Source: Tepidisphaera sp. (GTDB lineage Bacteria > Planctomycetota > Phycisphaerae > Phycisphaerales > UBA1924). From it: a stretch of DNA of 64,000 bases. Every line of letters starts with the position of its first letter. The stretch's first letter is position 1. The position numbers and the translations under genes were made by a program. The stretch lies in NCBI GenBank assembly GCA_050916045.1, contig CP051526.1, positions 864,001 through 928,000 of the forward strand, written 5' to 3'. Shown here one piece after another: positions 47,526-56,877 of this stretch. The notes under the pieces were generated by a model. That model did not search any database and was not told the origin of the DNA. It worked only from the letters and a program-made list of their open reading frames with translations.

Positions 47526-48410
47526 ATGCCCACGCCGCAGTACAGAATTCCAGGTGTGCTTGGCTCAGATGCGACCGGCCTCTCCGGCCGCACGGGCGGA
47601 GCGATGCTTGCTTCTGTCGAGGCGAAAGCGGAGACGGAGGACAAGTCCGGGGAGTCCGACGCGCTGGGCGTGCCGGCGTTCTCCGGTGTCTCGCGTGCCG
47701 ATGTCTACCGCGAGGTCGAGGAACGCGTCCTTGACGCTTCGCTGATCCGCCAGGGCGACGCGAGCCTCTGCGGCCCGGCGGTAGTCACGTACATCCTCGC
47801 CAGGAACCGCCCCGGCGAGTACGAGCGATACGTCAAGAAGCTCTTCGAGACCGGTGATGCGAGCGTGGGTGAGCTTCGCGTCCGCCCGGGGGAGGATTGC
47901 CGCCGGCATACGCCCAGCGGGATCGGCGCGGCCGACTGGGTCGCTTTGGCGGGTCTGCGCGACTCGGAGAACATCATCTTCGACTACGACGAGGTCTCCG
48001 ACAAGGTCGCGGGCATCACCTTCCCCGGCTCTATCGCGTCATGGCTCGAGCGGATGGGTTTCGCCGGCGTCCGCAACGACACCAACCTCGTCTTTCACAA
48101 GAGCAAGTCCAACTTTCTGGACGCGGTGGACCAGTTCCGCAAGGGCCGGGCCGTGTGCCTGTTCGTGAGCATCGACGGCATCCAGAAACCGCCGCCCGGC
48201 CGCGGGTTCTTCGAGAAGATCGCGGGCAAGTTCCCCAACCACTGGGTCGTGCTGACCGACGTCGAGTCCGCGAAGGACGACGACGTTCACTTCAAGATCT
48301 TCACGTGGGGCTTTGGCGACTACGACATCCCCGGCGATGCCGGATTCGGCAAGCTGAAGATGAGCTCGTGGCTCGACAACTATTACGGCTTTGTCTCGTG
48401 CGACGTGTAA
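47526..48410 (+). CDS. Putative papain-like cysteine peptidase domain protein
   Basis: IRQGDASLCGPA, NHWVVL, IFTWG. Confidence 0.6.
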   Translation: MPTPQYRIPGVLGSDATGLSGRTGGAMLASVEAKAETEDKSGESDALGVPAFSGVSRADVYREVEERVLDASLIRQGDASLCGPAVVTYILARNRPGEYERYVKKLFETGDASVGELRVRPGEDCRRHTPSGIGAADWVALAGLRDSENIIFDYDEVSDKVAGITFPGSIASWLERMGFAGVRNDTNLVFHKSKSNFLDAVDQFRKGRAVCLFVSIDGIQKPPPGRGFFEKIAGKFPNHWVVLTDVESAKDDDVHFKIFTWGFGDYDIPGDAGFGKLKMSSWLDNYYGFVSCDV

Positions 48411-48434
48411 ACGCCCAGCGAGGAGCGTCCGGCT

Positions 48435-48989
48435 TCAGGCGCGGCTCTGGTACGACCCGTCCATGGTCGAGACCTTGAGCTTCTCGCCCTGCTTGATGAA
48501 CGCGGGGACGCGAACCATCAGGCCCGTCTCCATCTCGGCGTCCTTGGTCTGGTTCGTCACGGTCGCACCCTTCACTTCGGGCGGGCAGTCCTTGACGATC
48601 AGTTCGACCGAAGAGGGAAGCTCGAGGGTCACGGGGTTGCCCTCGTGGAGCAGCACCGTGCACTTGCCGTTGGGGATCAGATACTTGAGAGCTTCGCCGA
48701 GCACGTCGACCGGCATGGTCAGCTGCTCGTAGTTCTCAGAGTCCATGAACGTCGCGCCCGACGAGTCGGAGTAGAGGTACTCCATCTCGCGGCGGTCCAG
48801 GTCGATCACGTCCACGCTGTCCGACGAGGACAGACGCTTCTCGATGATCTGCCCCGTGATGACGTTGCGGATCTTGATCTGGATGAACGCACGGAGGTTG
48901 CCGGGCGTGCGGTGCTCGAAGTTGGTGATGACGAACAGCTTTCCGTCCATCTTGACGCCAAGGCCGGGCCTGAGTTCCGTTGCGCGCAT
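48435..48989 (-). CDS. efp: Elongation factor P
   Basis: HRTPGNLRAF, EYLYSD, FMDSENYEQ, ETGLMVRVPAFI, YQSRA. Confidence 0.95.
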   Translation of the reverse strand: MRATELRPGLGVKMDGKLFVITNFEHRTPGNLRAFIQIKIRNVITGQIIEKRLSSSDSVDVIDLDRREMEYLYSDSSGATFMDSENYEQLTMPVDVLGEALKYLIPNGKCTVLLHEGNPVTLELPSSVELIVKDCPPEVKGATVTNQTKDAEMETGLMVRVPAFIKQGEKLKVSTMDGSYQSRA

Positions 48990-49118
48990 GATCGGCTCCC
49001 GTTGGGGTCACGATTCTGAAATCGTGGGGCCGATGATAGGCGGCCTCCGCTCGCCCGATCGACCCTCGGGTGATCCGGCGGGCCCCGGCAGGCCCGGTCC
49101 CAGCCTTCCCCAGGTCCG

Positions 49119-49955
49119 CTATCGGACCATCCCCGCCGCGGCCGGGTCGGCGGCCGGCGAGGATGCCGGAGCGGGCGCACCCCGCGACGCATTCGCCGTC
49201 AGGACGCCCGGCCACGTCTCCACCAGCGACTTGACCATCGCGCGGAACGCCCGGCCCTCCGCGCGGAGCCGCGCATCATCCGCCGCCTCGGTGCTCGTCC
49301 AGAAATTCGCAAGCTGGCCCGCGTCCCCCGCTCCCTCCGCGAGCGCGTGCACGAAGCCCGTCCGCGTGTCAAGCAGCGCCGCCGAAGCCGTCGTCTTCAC
49401 GGTCTCGACCTTCGTCGGGAAGAGCCCCAGCGACACCAGAGACACCGCGCCCGCGTACTGCTCGCTGTCGAACACCGTGTCGAACGTGTACACCAGGAGC
49501 AGATCCGCCCGAAGCCCCGCCGCCGCCGCCCGCAGCTCGCGGTCGCTCGTCAGACCCGACGGGACCACAAGCCGGTTCAGACCCGCCACGCTCCGCACGC
49601 CCGCAAGCCCCGAGATCGCCGCGAAGTCCGCGTCGGTCTCAACTTCCCGTGTCGTGACCACGCAGTACTTCCCCGATCCGTATCCCTCACGCCCGGCGTA
49701 ATTGCGATACCCCGGAGCCTGTACGCGGGCCACGGCGATCGAAGCGGGAAAGGTCGCGAGCGGCTCTCGCGCGAACGCTTCACGGATCTCGCCGTCGGTT
49801 GTCTGCGCCTGGGCCGCGGTGAAAAGGGTCATGTCCGCGCCGCGCCCCGGCGTGGCGTACGAAGCGCACCCTCCAAGCCCGATCGATGCGCCGACAAACG
49901 CGAAAGCCGCCGTGATCGCCCGAGAGAGACGCCGAAGGGAAACGCCGGTGTTCAT
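49119..49955 (-). CDS. Hypothetical lipoprotein
   Basis: Lipobox LGGC, YATPG, FPASIAVARVQ, ADLLLVY, LLDTRTG; AAGGAG SD. Confidence 0.7.
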   Translation of the reverse strand: MNTGVSLRRLSRAITAAFAFVGASIGLGGCASYATPGRGADMTLFTAAQAQTTDGEIREAFAREPLATFPASIAVARVQAPGYRNYAGREGYGSGKYCVVTTREVETDADFAAISGLAGVRSVAGLNRLVVPSGLTSDRELRAAAAGLRADLLLVYTFDTVFDSEQYAGAVSLVSLGLFPTKVETVKTTASAALLDTRTGFVHALAEGAGDAGQLANFWTSTEAADDARLRAEGRAFRAMVKSLVETWPGVLTANASRGAPAPASSPAADPAAAGMVR

Positions 49956-50011
49956 GCTGAGCTCCTTTGCCGCACGCAGCGCGGGAGCCTCGCACATGGT
50001 TCACGAGAATC

Positions 50012-52792
50012 TCATCGCGGCATCGCGTTCGTCGCCTGCTCAACACGCGGAAGGGGCCGAACCGCCGGCGGCACGGACGAGAGAGCATCAACCGAGATGA
50101 ACGAGGTCATCGCGGAGACCAGGTTGTGCCGCAATGCGAGCTCGACGATCTCGCGGCGGACACCATCGGCATCGGCCGACCCCGAAGCCAGTTGCTCGGA
50201 GAGCATCAGCACCTTGGCGCGTGCCCAAAGCGTGGGAATCGCGCCCGGAGCCGGTGTCGCCGCATTCCACGCCGCCGTCAGCGTCTCGCGCCGGACTCCC
50301 GAAGCCCCGCGAACGGTGCCCGTCACGCGGATCTCGCCTCCCGCGGTCGGCGGCGACAGAAGCTTGCCCACGATGTGCACCGGACGGCCGGCGCTGAGGT
50401 TCGGCAAGCGGCGCGGGAAGACATCGACGACCTCCGCGCCGCCCCAGTCGATCTCCAGATCGGTCATCACCGGCGACCCCTCGCGGTCCAGGAGCCGGCT
50501 CATGATCGCATCGTTCCCCGCGGATGCGGCCGGGTCGGAAGAGAGGTGGATCACCCCGCCGCGGCCGATGCGTGACAAGCTCTCAAACGCGAACCCGGCG
50601 GGCTCATCGATCGAAACGGCGAAGATCCGAGCGGACTGGAGGTTCGCGCGTGCTTCGCGAAGAGCTTGCACGCCGCCGGAGATCTCTCCTTGGCCGAGCA
50701 CGCAGACCAGCCGCGAAGCCGCCGCAGCAGGCAGGAGAGCGTCGCGGATCGCCGCATCGAGCGCTCGATCCGTGCCGGCCGCCGGACCGATGCGGGCGAT
50801 CGCCGCCGCGATCCCGTCGGCCGTCGCGGGTTCGAACGCCCCCGAGGCACCACCCGGCGAAGCGACCAGGAATCGGTCCGTCGGGGTGAGCTTGCCGAGC
50901 AGCGCCGCCGCGGCCGCCCGATAGGCTTGGATCTGCGCCGGGGTGGTTTCCGCGGTGATGTCGGCGACGACCGCGACCTCAAGCGGAGCCCGCTCGCCCG
51001 TGCCGACGGGCGGGGTGATGAGCATCGAGAAGTACGTGCCGCTCGAACCCCGCTGTGTGATGACGCCCACCCGCGGGGTCGGCGCCGCGACCGCGTACCG
51101 AAGCACAAAGTCGCGCGTCGATGCGCTCAACGGGGCACCCATCGTGATCGTGCGGCCGCTCTCCGGCCCCTGATCGACCGAGATTGCATGCGTCGGGCTG
51201 AGAACGCCGAGGATCTCTAGCCCGGCTTCCAGACGCACCGAAACGGAGACCGGCACCGATCCCGCGACCTGCGCCAAGCCCGTCATGGGAAGCGTGAACT
51301 CGTACGCTCCGGCGATCTCCGTCCCCGAGCCGCTCGGGATCCCCGCGTAGTCGAGCGTCGCGAAGTAGGTGACGCTGGTGGCGATCCAAGCTCCGCTCTC
51401 GATGTTCCCGATACGCTGCACGAGGATGTTCGCGGTGTCCTCGTCGAGCATGGACGCGATCTTCCCCTGCCGCTGAGCGTCCAGAAAGATCCGTTCGGCT
51501 TCCGCCCGTTCGCGGATGACCCCTCGGATACGACGTTCGCGTCCAGGCGCGCCGACGGTCATGACAAAGTCTGTCACCGCCGCGTCGCGGGGCATCGGGA
51601 GCACATACACGCCGTCGACGGTCTCGGACAGTTCGTTCTGGAATCGCTGGCTGACGGTCACGCTGGAGATCGGCCCGGTGATCGTCGCTTCGGCTTTGTA
51701 CTCGCGAAGGGTGGCGGTGCGACCTCCGAGCCCGCGTCCAAGCCAGAGGGTGCCCGCGCCCGCATCCGGCGGACGTCGTGCATCGCGGAGCGCGGCTCGC
51801 GGGGTCGGGCGCGAGATCACCCAGAGCTCTTCGTCGAACCGTGGGAGAGGGCGTTCAAGCTCTTCCCGACCCATACCCGATTCGGCGGCCAGGTCGCGGA
51901 CGGCTTTGTCCTCCGCGCCGACCTTGAGCGGAACTTCGAGACGATCGCGGCGTGCTTCGGGAGTGCCTGTCGCGGCGGGGCGGCCGACGCCGGGCCCGCC
52001 GGGTTGAGCGACCTTTTTGAGTCGATCGTTCTCGGCTTCCTTCGCGGCGTCCTTTTCGGCGCGCTTCGTGGAGCCCGGGGCGACCTCCGCTTCCTTTGCA
52101 GCGCCCGGGTCTTTGGGTGCGGCGGGCCTTCCGGCGGGCGGTTCCTTGGGAGTTGTCGCCGGAGCATTGGCAGGTGAGGGTGGGGCGGGTGGGGCGGCGG
52201 TGGGTGCCGGTGGGGGCGGGGTCGCACCGTCGCCAGCAGCGGCTTCTACCGCGCCTCTCGTCGAGCTTTCTCCCGCGCCTCCGCCGGCCGTCGCCGCGCC
52301 GCGTGTCTGGCCGCCGGGGCCGTCCTGGGTCAGTCCGGCTTTCGCGGCACCTGCTTCTCCCGGGACGCGCTTGGACGAAAGCGAGGAACCTCCGTTGTCC
52401 GGCGGGAGCGAAAGGGCGATTCGGTCCAGGTTCTGGCTTTGCAGCGAAAGCGACGTCGAGTTGAGGAAGAAGCGATTGGTTTGCTCGGTTTCAAGCACGG
52501 AGGCGCGATCCAGCGTATCGACCTCGGCCTTGATCACTTCCATCATGCTGCGGCCATCGCGATCGGCGAGCGGCTGGGACGGGGCGCCCGCGGCCATGGG
52601 GTCTCCCACCGGAGCTCCCGTGTCCGCCGGTCTCTTGCCGAGGGGTTCTGGCGGAGCGTTGGTGCTCGTGCACCCCTGCCAGCCCACGAGGGCGATCGCG
52701 AGCAGAAGCACGCCCGCGCGCCGCACGCCGGGTGTCCGTTCCGCGATGATCTGTCGGCGTCTGCTCATGCCGGTCTCCGCGTCGTGAGGCAC
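50012..52792 (-). CDS. VIT plus degenerate vWA domain lipoprotein with a long Pro/Ala-rich N-terminal region (start may be 52768)
   Basis: WQGC lipobox; VSQRFQN...GVYVLPMP..AAVTDF, EAERIF..A..QGKIASML (VIT); LWARAKV, LALRHNLVSAMTSFISVD. Confidence 0.8.
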   Translation of the reverse strand: MPHDAETGMSRRRQIIAERTPGVRRAGVLLLAIALVGWQGCTSTNAPPEPLGKRPADTGAPVGDPMAAGAPSQPLADRDGRSMMEVIKAEVDTLDRASVLETEQTNRFFLNSTSLSLQSQNLDRIALSLPPDNGGSSLSSKRVPGEAGAAKAGLTQDGPGGQTRGAATAGGGAGESSTRGAVEAAAGDGATPPPPAPTAAPPAPPSPANAPATTPKEPPAGRPAAPKDPGAAKEAEVAPGSTKRAEKDAAKEAENDRLKKVAQPGGPGVGRPAATGTPEARRDRLEVPLKVGAEDKAVRDLAAESGMGREELERPLPRFDEELWVISRPTPRAALRDARRPPDAGAGTLWLGRGLGGRTATLREYKAEATITGPISSVTVSQRFQNELSETVDGVYVLPMPRDAAVTDFVMTVGAPGRERRIRGVIRERAEAERIFLDAQRQGKIASMLDEDTANILVQRIGNIESGAWIATSVTYFATLDYAGIPSGSGTEIAGAYEFTLPMTGLAQVAGSVPVSVSVRLEAGLEILGVLSPTHAISVDQGPESGRTITMGAPLSASTRDFVLRYAVAAPTPRVGVITQRGSSGTYFSMLITPPVGTGERAPLEVAVVADITAETTPAQIQAYRAAAAALLGKLTPTDRFLVASPGGASGAFEPATADGIAAAIARIGPAAGTDRALDAAIRDALLPAAAASRLVCVLGQGEISGGVQALREARANLQSARIFAVSIDEPAGFAFESLSRIGRGGVIHLSSDPAASAGNDAIMSRLLDREGSPVMTDLEIDWGGAEVVDVFPRRLPNLSAGRPVHIVGKLLSPPTAGGEIRVTGTVRGASGVRRETLTAAWNAATPAPGAIPTLWARAKVLMLSEQLASGSADADGVRREIVELALRHNLVSAMTSFISVDALSSVPPAVRPLPRVEQATNAMPR

Positions 52793-52793
52793 C

Positions 52794-53327
52794 CTACTTC
52801 ACCGCCGGTTGGGGTTTGTCGTTCGCCAGTTCCGCCGGTTCGGTCTTGACGGTCGCTTGAATCTCGTTGGCCATGCTGTCACCCGCGACGGTGAGCACGC
52901 TCACGTACCCCAGCAGGCCCGCCGTCGGCACCTGGACGTGGATCCGCGCGACGCGCGTCTTCCCCGTGGGCAGTTGGTCCTTGTCAAGCAGGGAGTACGC
53001 CGCGAGGATGATCCGCTCGCCGCGGAGCAGCGCTTCCGGGTCGTACCGCGGCGGCTCTTCGAACGCGCCGCGATCCCCGCCCTCCACGCCCACAAGCTTG
53101 ACCTGGGCTCGGGCGTCCTCGCTCTTGGTGTCGGCGCGAACCTCAAGCTGGTAAGCCGCGAGGGGGACCTCGCCCGAATCCACGAAGACGTCGAGCGTTT
53201 CGAACCGGATGGCCGAGGGTGCGCGGGCGGCCGGCGCCGGAGCTTGCGGCTGCGTGGCGATCCCCGCCACCGCGAGCGCGAGCCCCGCCGCGACGGCCAC
53301 CGCCGAGAATTTCATGCGACGGTTCAT
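52794..53327 (-). CDS. Secreted protein with a cohesin-like beta-sandwich pattern
   Basis: Signal peptide; LDVFVDS..PLAAYQLEV, LVGVEGG, RIILAAY, LPTGKTRVARIHV. Confidence 0.55.
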   Translation of the reverse strand: MNRRMKFSAVAVAAGLALAVAGIATQPQAPAPAARAPSAIRFETLDVFVDSGEVPLAAYQLEVRADTKSEDARAQVKLVGVEGGDRGAFEEPPRYDPEALLRGERIILAAYSLLDKDQLPTGKTRVARIHVQVPTAGLLGYVSVLTVAGDSMANEIQATVKTEPAELANDKPQPAVK

Positions 53328-53331
53328 CGGG

Positions 53332-54084
53332 TCACGCTCCTCCGTTCCCGACGCGAACGATCCGCGCCGTCAGCAGGTCCGCGTCCTTCTGGTCCACCAC
53401 GCCGTCCGCGGTCAGGTCCCACGTCACATCCAGCGAAGCAACAAAGAACGCCATCTTCGCCTGATCGACCGCCACGTTCGAGCCACCGGCACCGTCGGTC
53501 TTGACGCGATACTCGCGAGCAAGCTGAACCGCTTGCACCGTCTTGGCGATCCGCATGGCGTCCAGGATGTTCACGCGGCCGTTCCCGTCGGCGTCGACCA
53601 TCGCGAGATGCCCGGCTTCTCCCGATGTCCCGCTCGCGGGCTTGCCCGGCGACAGATCGAAGGTGCTCGCCGACCGTGACTGATCGCTCAACGCGAGGGT
53701 GGTGGGGGGAGCGGCGTTCGGCACCCGCGACGCCGAATCCGCGGCGAGGGCGCCGTACACGTTCCCCGAGCCGATGGCAGGGTTCGTCGCGACCGTGGTG
53801 ACAGGAGTTCGGGTCGGCCAGTTCGCCGAGCCCACCCAGACGACCAGCGCGACCGAAGCCGCGATTCCCGCGAACTTCCACGCGCGAGTGCGTGTCGCGG
53901 AGACCTTTCGCCGCGACTCGAACGCTGACAGGACGGCGAAATCGACGTACGCCGGCACCTCTTCCGACCGGCCAAACTCCCGCTTCAGGTCCGAAGCCAG
54001 CGCGGGGGGCAGTTCGAAGGCGCGCGGATCCATCTCGGCCTGCGAGCCGTCGGTGAACCCGGGATGTCCTTCACGTTCCGACAT
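53332..54084 (-). CDS. Putative anti-sigma factor with one TM and a C-terminal dockerin (two EF-hand loops)
   Basis: Directly after the ECF sigma; TM WKFAGIAASVALVVWV; DADGNGRVNILD and DLTADGVVDQKD. Confidence 0.72.
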   Translation of the reverse strand: MSEREGHPGFTDGSQAEMDPRAFELPPALASDLKREFGRSEEVPAYVDFAVLSAFESRRKVSATRTRAWKFAGIAASVALVVWVGSANWPTRTPVTTVATNPAIGSGNVYGALAADSASRVPNAAPPTTLALSDQSRSASTFDLSPGKPASGTSGEAGHLAMVDADGNGRVNILDAMRIAKTVQAVQLAREYRVKTDGAGGSNVAVDQAKMAFFVASLDVTWDLTADGVVDQKDADLLTARIVRVGNGGA

Positions 54085-54168
54085 GAAAGCCCTCCGTCTC
54101 TCCAGCGCGCACCCCGCTCGCTTGGTTCACCATGCTTGGCCCAAAATGCCCGTCCAGATTCCGAATCT

Positions 54169-54771
54169 TCATGGCGGTTGACCTCCCGTCAGGGCAGAAC
54201 CGCCGGGCTGGTCGAAGTAGCCCTTGGTTCTCGGGTCTTCGCGGAGCGTCTTGATGGCCAGGTGCAAGCGGCTCTTGACCGTTCCCCCGGGGATCGAAAG
54301 GGCCGTGGCGATCTGCTCCATGCTCATGTCATCCACGAACCGCATCAGGAGCACCTCCTGCTGGTGCTCGGGCAGGATGGCGACCACGGCCGCGAGCGAG
54401 GCCGGGTTCCGAGCGTCGGCGGGCGTGGGAGCGGTGATCTCCACGTCGCTGCCGTCCTCGCGGACCAGGCGGAGCCGGGCCCGGTCCTTGCGCTTGGCCG
54501 TCAGCGCGATGTTCTTGACCACCGGGTAGAGGTAGGTGGTCATTTTCGCCGTCAGCTCGAGGGTCGGCATTTTGCGCACGAGGTAGATGAACGTCTCCTG
54601 CACGACGTCCGCCGCGGTTTCGTGGTCGCGGGTGAACCGCATCGCGAGGCGCATCGCATAGTCCTTGTGGCGTGCGTAAAGCGTCGCAAAGGCCTGTGAG
54701 TCTCCCGCGGCGGCGAGTTTGACGAGCACGGCGTCGGCGAGGGCTTCGGGTTGGAAGGGGGTCTTGTTCAC
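54169..54771 (-). CDS. ECF RNA polymerase sigma factor
   Basis: GDSQAFATLY, AADVVQETF, LPEHQQEVLLMRF, IPGGTVKSRLH. Confidence 0.92.
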   Translation of the reverse strand: MNKTPFQPEALADAVLVKLAAAGDSQAFATLYARHKDYAMRLAMRFTRDHETAADVVQETFIYLVRKMPTLELTAKMTTYLYPVVKNIALTAKRKDRARLRLVREDGSDVEITAPTPADARNPASLAAVVAILPEHQQEVLLMRFVDDMSMEQIATALSIPGGTVKSRLHLAIKTLREDPRTKGYFDQPGGSALTGGQPP

Positions 54772-54833
54772 GTTGCGGCGACAGTTCTCGTACGAGCGAG
54801 GACCAGTCTATCGGCCAGCCCGTCCGAGCATCC

Positions 54834-55739
54834 TCACCGGGCGGGCCGCCAGCGGTCGCGGAGTTCGCGTTCGAAAGCCGCGACGGCCGGGCTTGGCACG
54901 CGGTCGCGGCGTCGGACCACCGCGAGCGCACGTGTAAGGACGCTTCCGCGACAGACGAGGCCTTCCCCCGGCCGCAGCGCAAGCCTGGAAACCAGGCCGA
55001 CGCCGATGCCCGCGGCGACCATCTGCTTGATGCTCTCGATCGAGCGGAGCTCCATGACGACGTTGAGACGAACGCCCGCGGCGGCGGCGGCCTGGTCGAT
55101 GATCGCGCGGACGGCGGTGCCGCCCTCGAAAGCGACGAAGGGGTGGCCCGCGATCTCTTCCCACCGAAACTCGCCGGCTTTGCGGGCCTTGAAGCCGAGC
55201 GGGCCGGGCGGCGTGATGAGACGCAGCTCATCGTCGACCAGCGGCGTGACGAGCAGGTCCTCGGCACCGGGCAGTCCCCACTTGCCCTTGAGCGGCACGG
55301 TGACGATGCCAAGGTCGAGCTCGCGCGTCAGGACGGCGGTGGCAACGGCCGCCGAGCCCGCTTCTCGCACGTAGAAGCGGACGCCGGGAAATCGCTTGCG
55401 TACCGCGGAGACCACGGGTGGGAGAAGCGAAGCGGTCGCGGTGGCGCCTCCGCCGACGCGGATCGAGCCCTCTTCGAGGCCGACGAGGCGCCGGACGGCT
55501 TCCGCTCCGGCGTCGGCCTGGCGGAGTGCGTCGGTGACGTGCTCGAGGAAGACGCGTCCGGCTTCGGTGAGCGCCACGCCACGCCCGGTGCGGTCCAGGA
55601 GGGGCGCGCCGATTTCGGCTTCGAGTTTCTTCATGGATGCGGAAAGGGCGGGCTGGGTGACGCCGAGGACCTGAGCGGCGCGGGTCATGTGCCCCATGGT
55701 CGCGATGGTCCGGAAATAGCGGAGCGCGGAGAGTTCCAC
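54834..55739 (-). CDS. LysR-family transcriptional regulator
   Basis: TRAAQVLGVTQPALS..KKLEAEIG.PLLDR, LTEAG, MVAAGIGV. Confidence 0.93.
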   Translation of the reverse strand: MELSALRYFRTIATMGHMTRAAQVLGVTQPALSASMKKLEAEIGAPLLDRTGRGVALTEAGRVFLEHVTDALRQADAGAEAVRRLVGLEEGSIRVGGGATATASLLPPVVSAVRKRFPGVRFYVREAGSAAVATAVLTRELDLGIVTVPLKGKWGLPGAEDLLVTPLVDDELRLITPPGPLGFKARKAGEFRWEEIAGHPFVAFEGGTAVRAIIDQAAAAAGVRLNVVMELRSIESIKQMVAAGIGVGLVSRLALRPGEGLVCRGSVLTRALAVVRRRDRVPSPAVAAFERELRDRWRPAR

Positions 55740-55804
55740 GGATTCAGCCTACGCAGGCGGCAGCGATCCTGACGGCCGGCGGGGAAGCGACGGTCGTGCG
55801 TGGT

Positions 55805-55830
55805 TCAAGGTTGCCCTCACGCAAGCCGAT
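55805..55830 (+). promoter_or_regulatory. sigma28-like promoter of the PilZ gene
   Basis: TCAAG-N15-GCCGAT, with the ATG 8 nt downstream. Confidence 0.6.
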
Positions 55831-55838
55831 GGCACGAC

Positions 55839-56219
55839 ATGGACTTCGCGAACCTCGGCAAGCAGAAATCAGCCGACAATCGCCGCCGCGCGGGACGCGT
55901 GGTGCTTCAGAGCATCACGTGCTCGCTTGGCACCGTGCTCGACCTTTCCTCGACCGGCATGCGGGTTGAGACCAGCGGCAAGCCCGTCGTGACGGCGGGC
56001 CAGACCTTCGGGATGGTGCTCCAGTCGCTGAGCGGACCGGTCAACATCGTCGCGACGGTCGCGTGGGTGCGAAAGTCCGGATGGCGGGCCCACCAGATCG
56101 GCCTGATCCTCGTGGATCCCACGCCCGAGCTTCGCCGCGCGATCTGCGATCTGGCCCGGAGCGTGACCACCAACGAGACGATCCGCCCCGATCACGAGCG
56201 GGTCCGCGACGCGGGCTGA
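55839..56219 (+). CDS. Stand-alone PilZ domain (c-di-GMP receptor) protein
   Basis: RRRAGR (RxxxR) and DLSSTG (DxSxxG); VAWVR..IGL. Confidence 0.82.
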   Translation: MDFANLGKQKSADNRRRAGRVVLQSITCSLGTVLDLSSTGMRVETSGKPVVTAGQTFGMVLQSLSGPVNIVATVAWVRKSGWRAHQIGLILVDPTPELRRAICDLARSVTTNETIRPDHERVRDAG

Positions 56220-56373
56220 AGCCATCGCTCCAACCCAACGCCTTCGTAGATGAGCAATCGGCGATCCGCCGCCGTCGCGGGATCGCGGTCCAACGTTTGG
56301 GTCCGACGAACGAACTCAGTGAGGTCCGCCCAGCGGGCGAACGGGCGGGATGCGGATCGGGTTCACGATCGCG

Positions 56374-56733
56374 TCAGGCTTTGGGTTCGCTCGCCGCGCC
56401 GTCCCGCGGGGGATTGGTTCGGAGCGTCTTGAGCAGGTCGCTGGCTTTCGCGGGCGAGATGGTGCCCCACGCGACCGCGCTGGCGATGGTCTGTTCGGCT
56501 TGGCTGGACTCCTGAGCGGGTCCGCCCGCGTTCAGGATGGAAGCGGCGTCCTGCGGGCGGATCGAGCCCTCTGCCACATACGCGGCGACCTCGCGCTTGG
56601 TCTGCTCGCGCTCGCGGGTCTCCTTGACGTCCTTGATCGTGCGGACGACGTAGATGAACACGCCCGCCATCACGAGCACGCACAGGAAGATCAGGGGCTC
56701 TTCATCCATCGCCAGGAACGTGATCGGGCTCAT
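56374..56733 (-). CDS. Small membrane protein with two SHOCT-like helical repeats
   Basis: GGAGG SD; TM; VAAYVAEGSIRPQDAASIL and IASAVAWGTISPAKASDLL. Confidence 0.65.
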   Translation of the reverse strand: MSPITFLAMDEEPLIFLCVLVMAGVFIYVVRTIKDVKETREREQTKREVAAYVAEGSIRPQDAASILNAGGPAQESSQAEQTIASAVAWGTISPAKASDLLKTLRTNPPRDGAASEPKA

Positions 56734-56877
56734 CCGGGCACCTCCGCTTGACCACGCCGGCGGGTGGGTCCGGGTGGCTGAATATGTTAGGAATCGCGGG
56801 TTTGGCGTTGCATCCTCCGTCGGGCGGCGGCGCAGCAGGGCGGGGCAAGCAAGGGCTGTGGAAAGCACCGGGAGCGG

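Noticed and set aside
54808..54835. GCCGATAG upstream of the ECF sigma gene as a sigma28 promoter
   Set aside because: No (T/C)(C/A)AAG-like -35 element at the required distance
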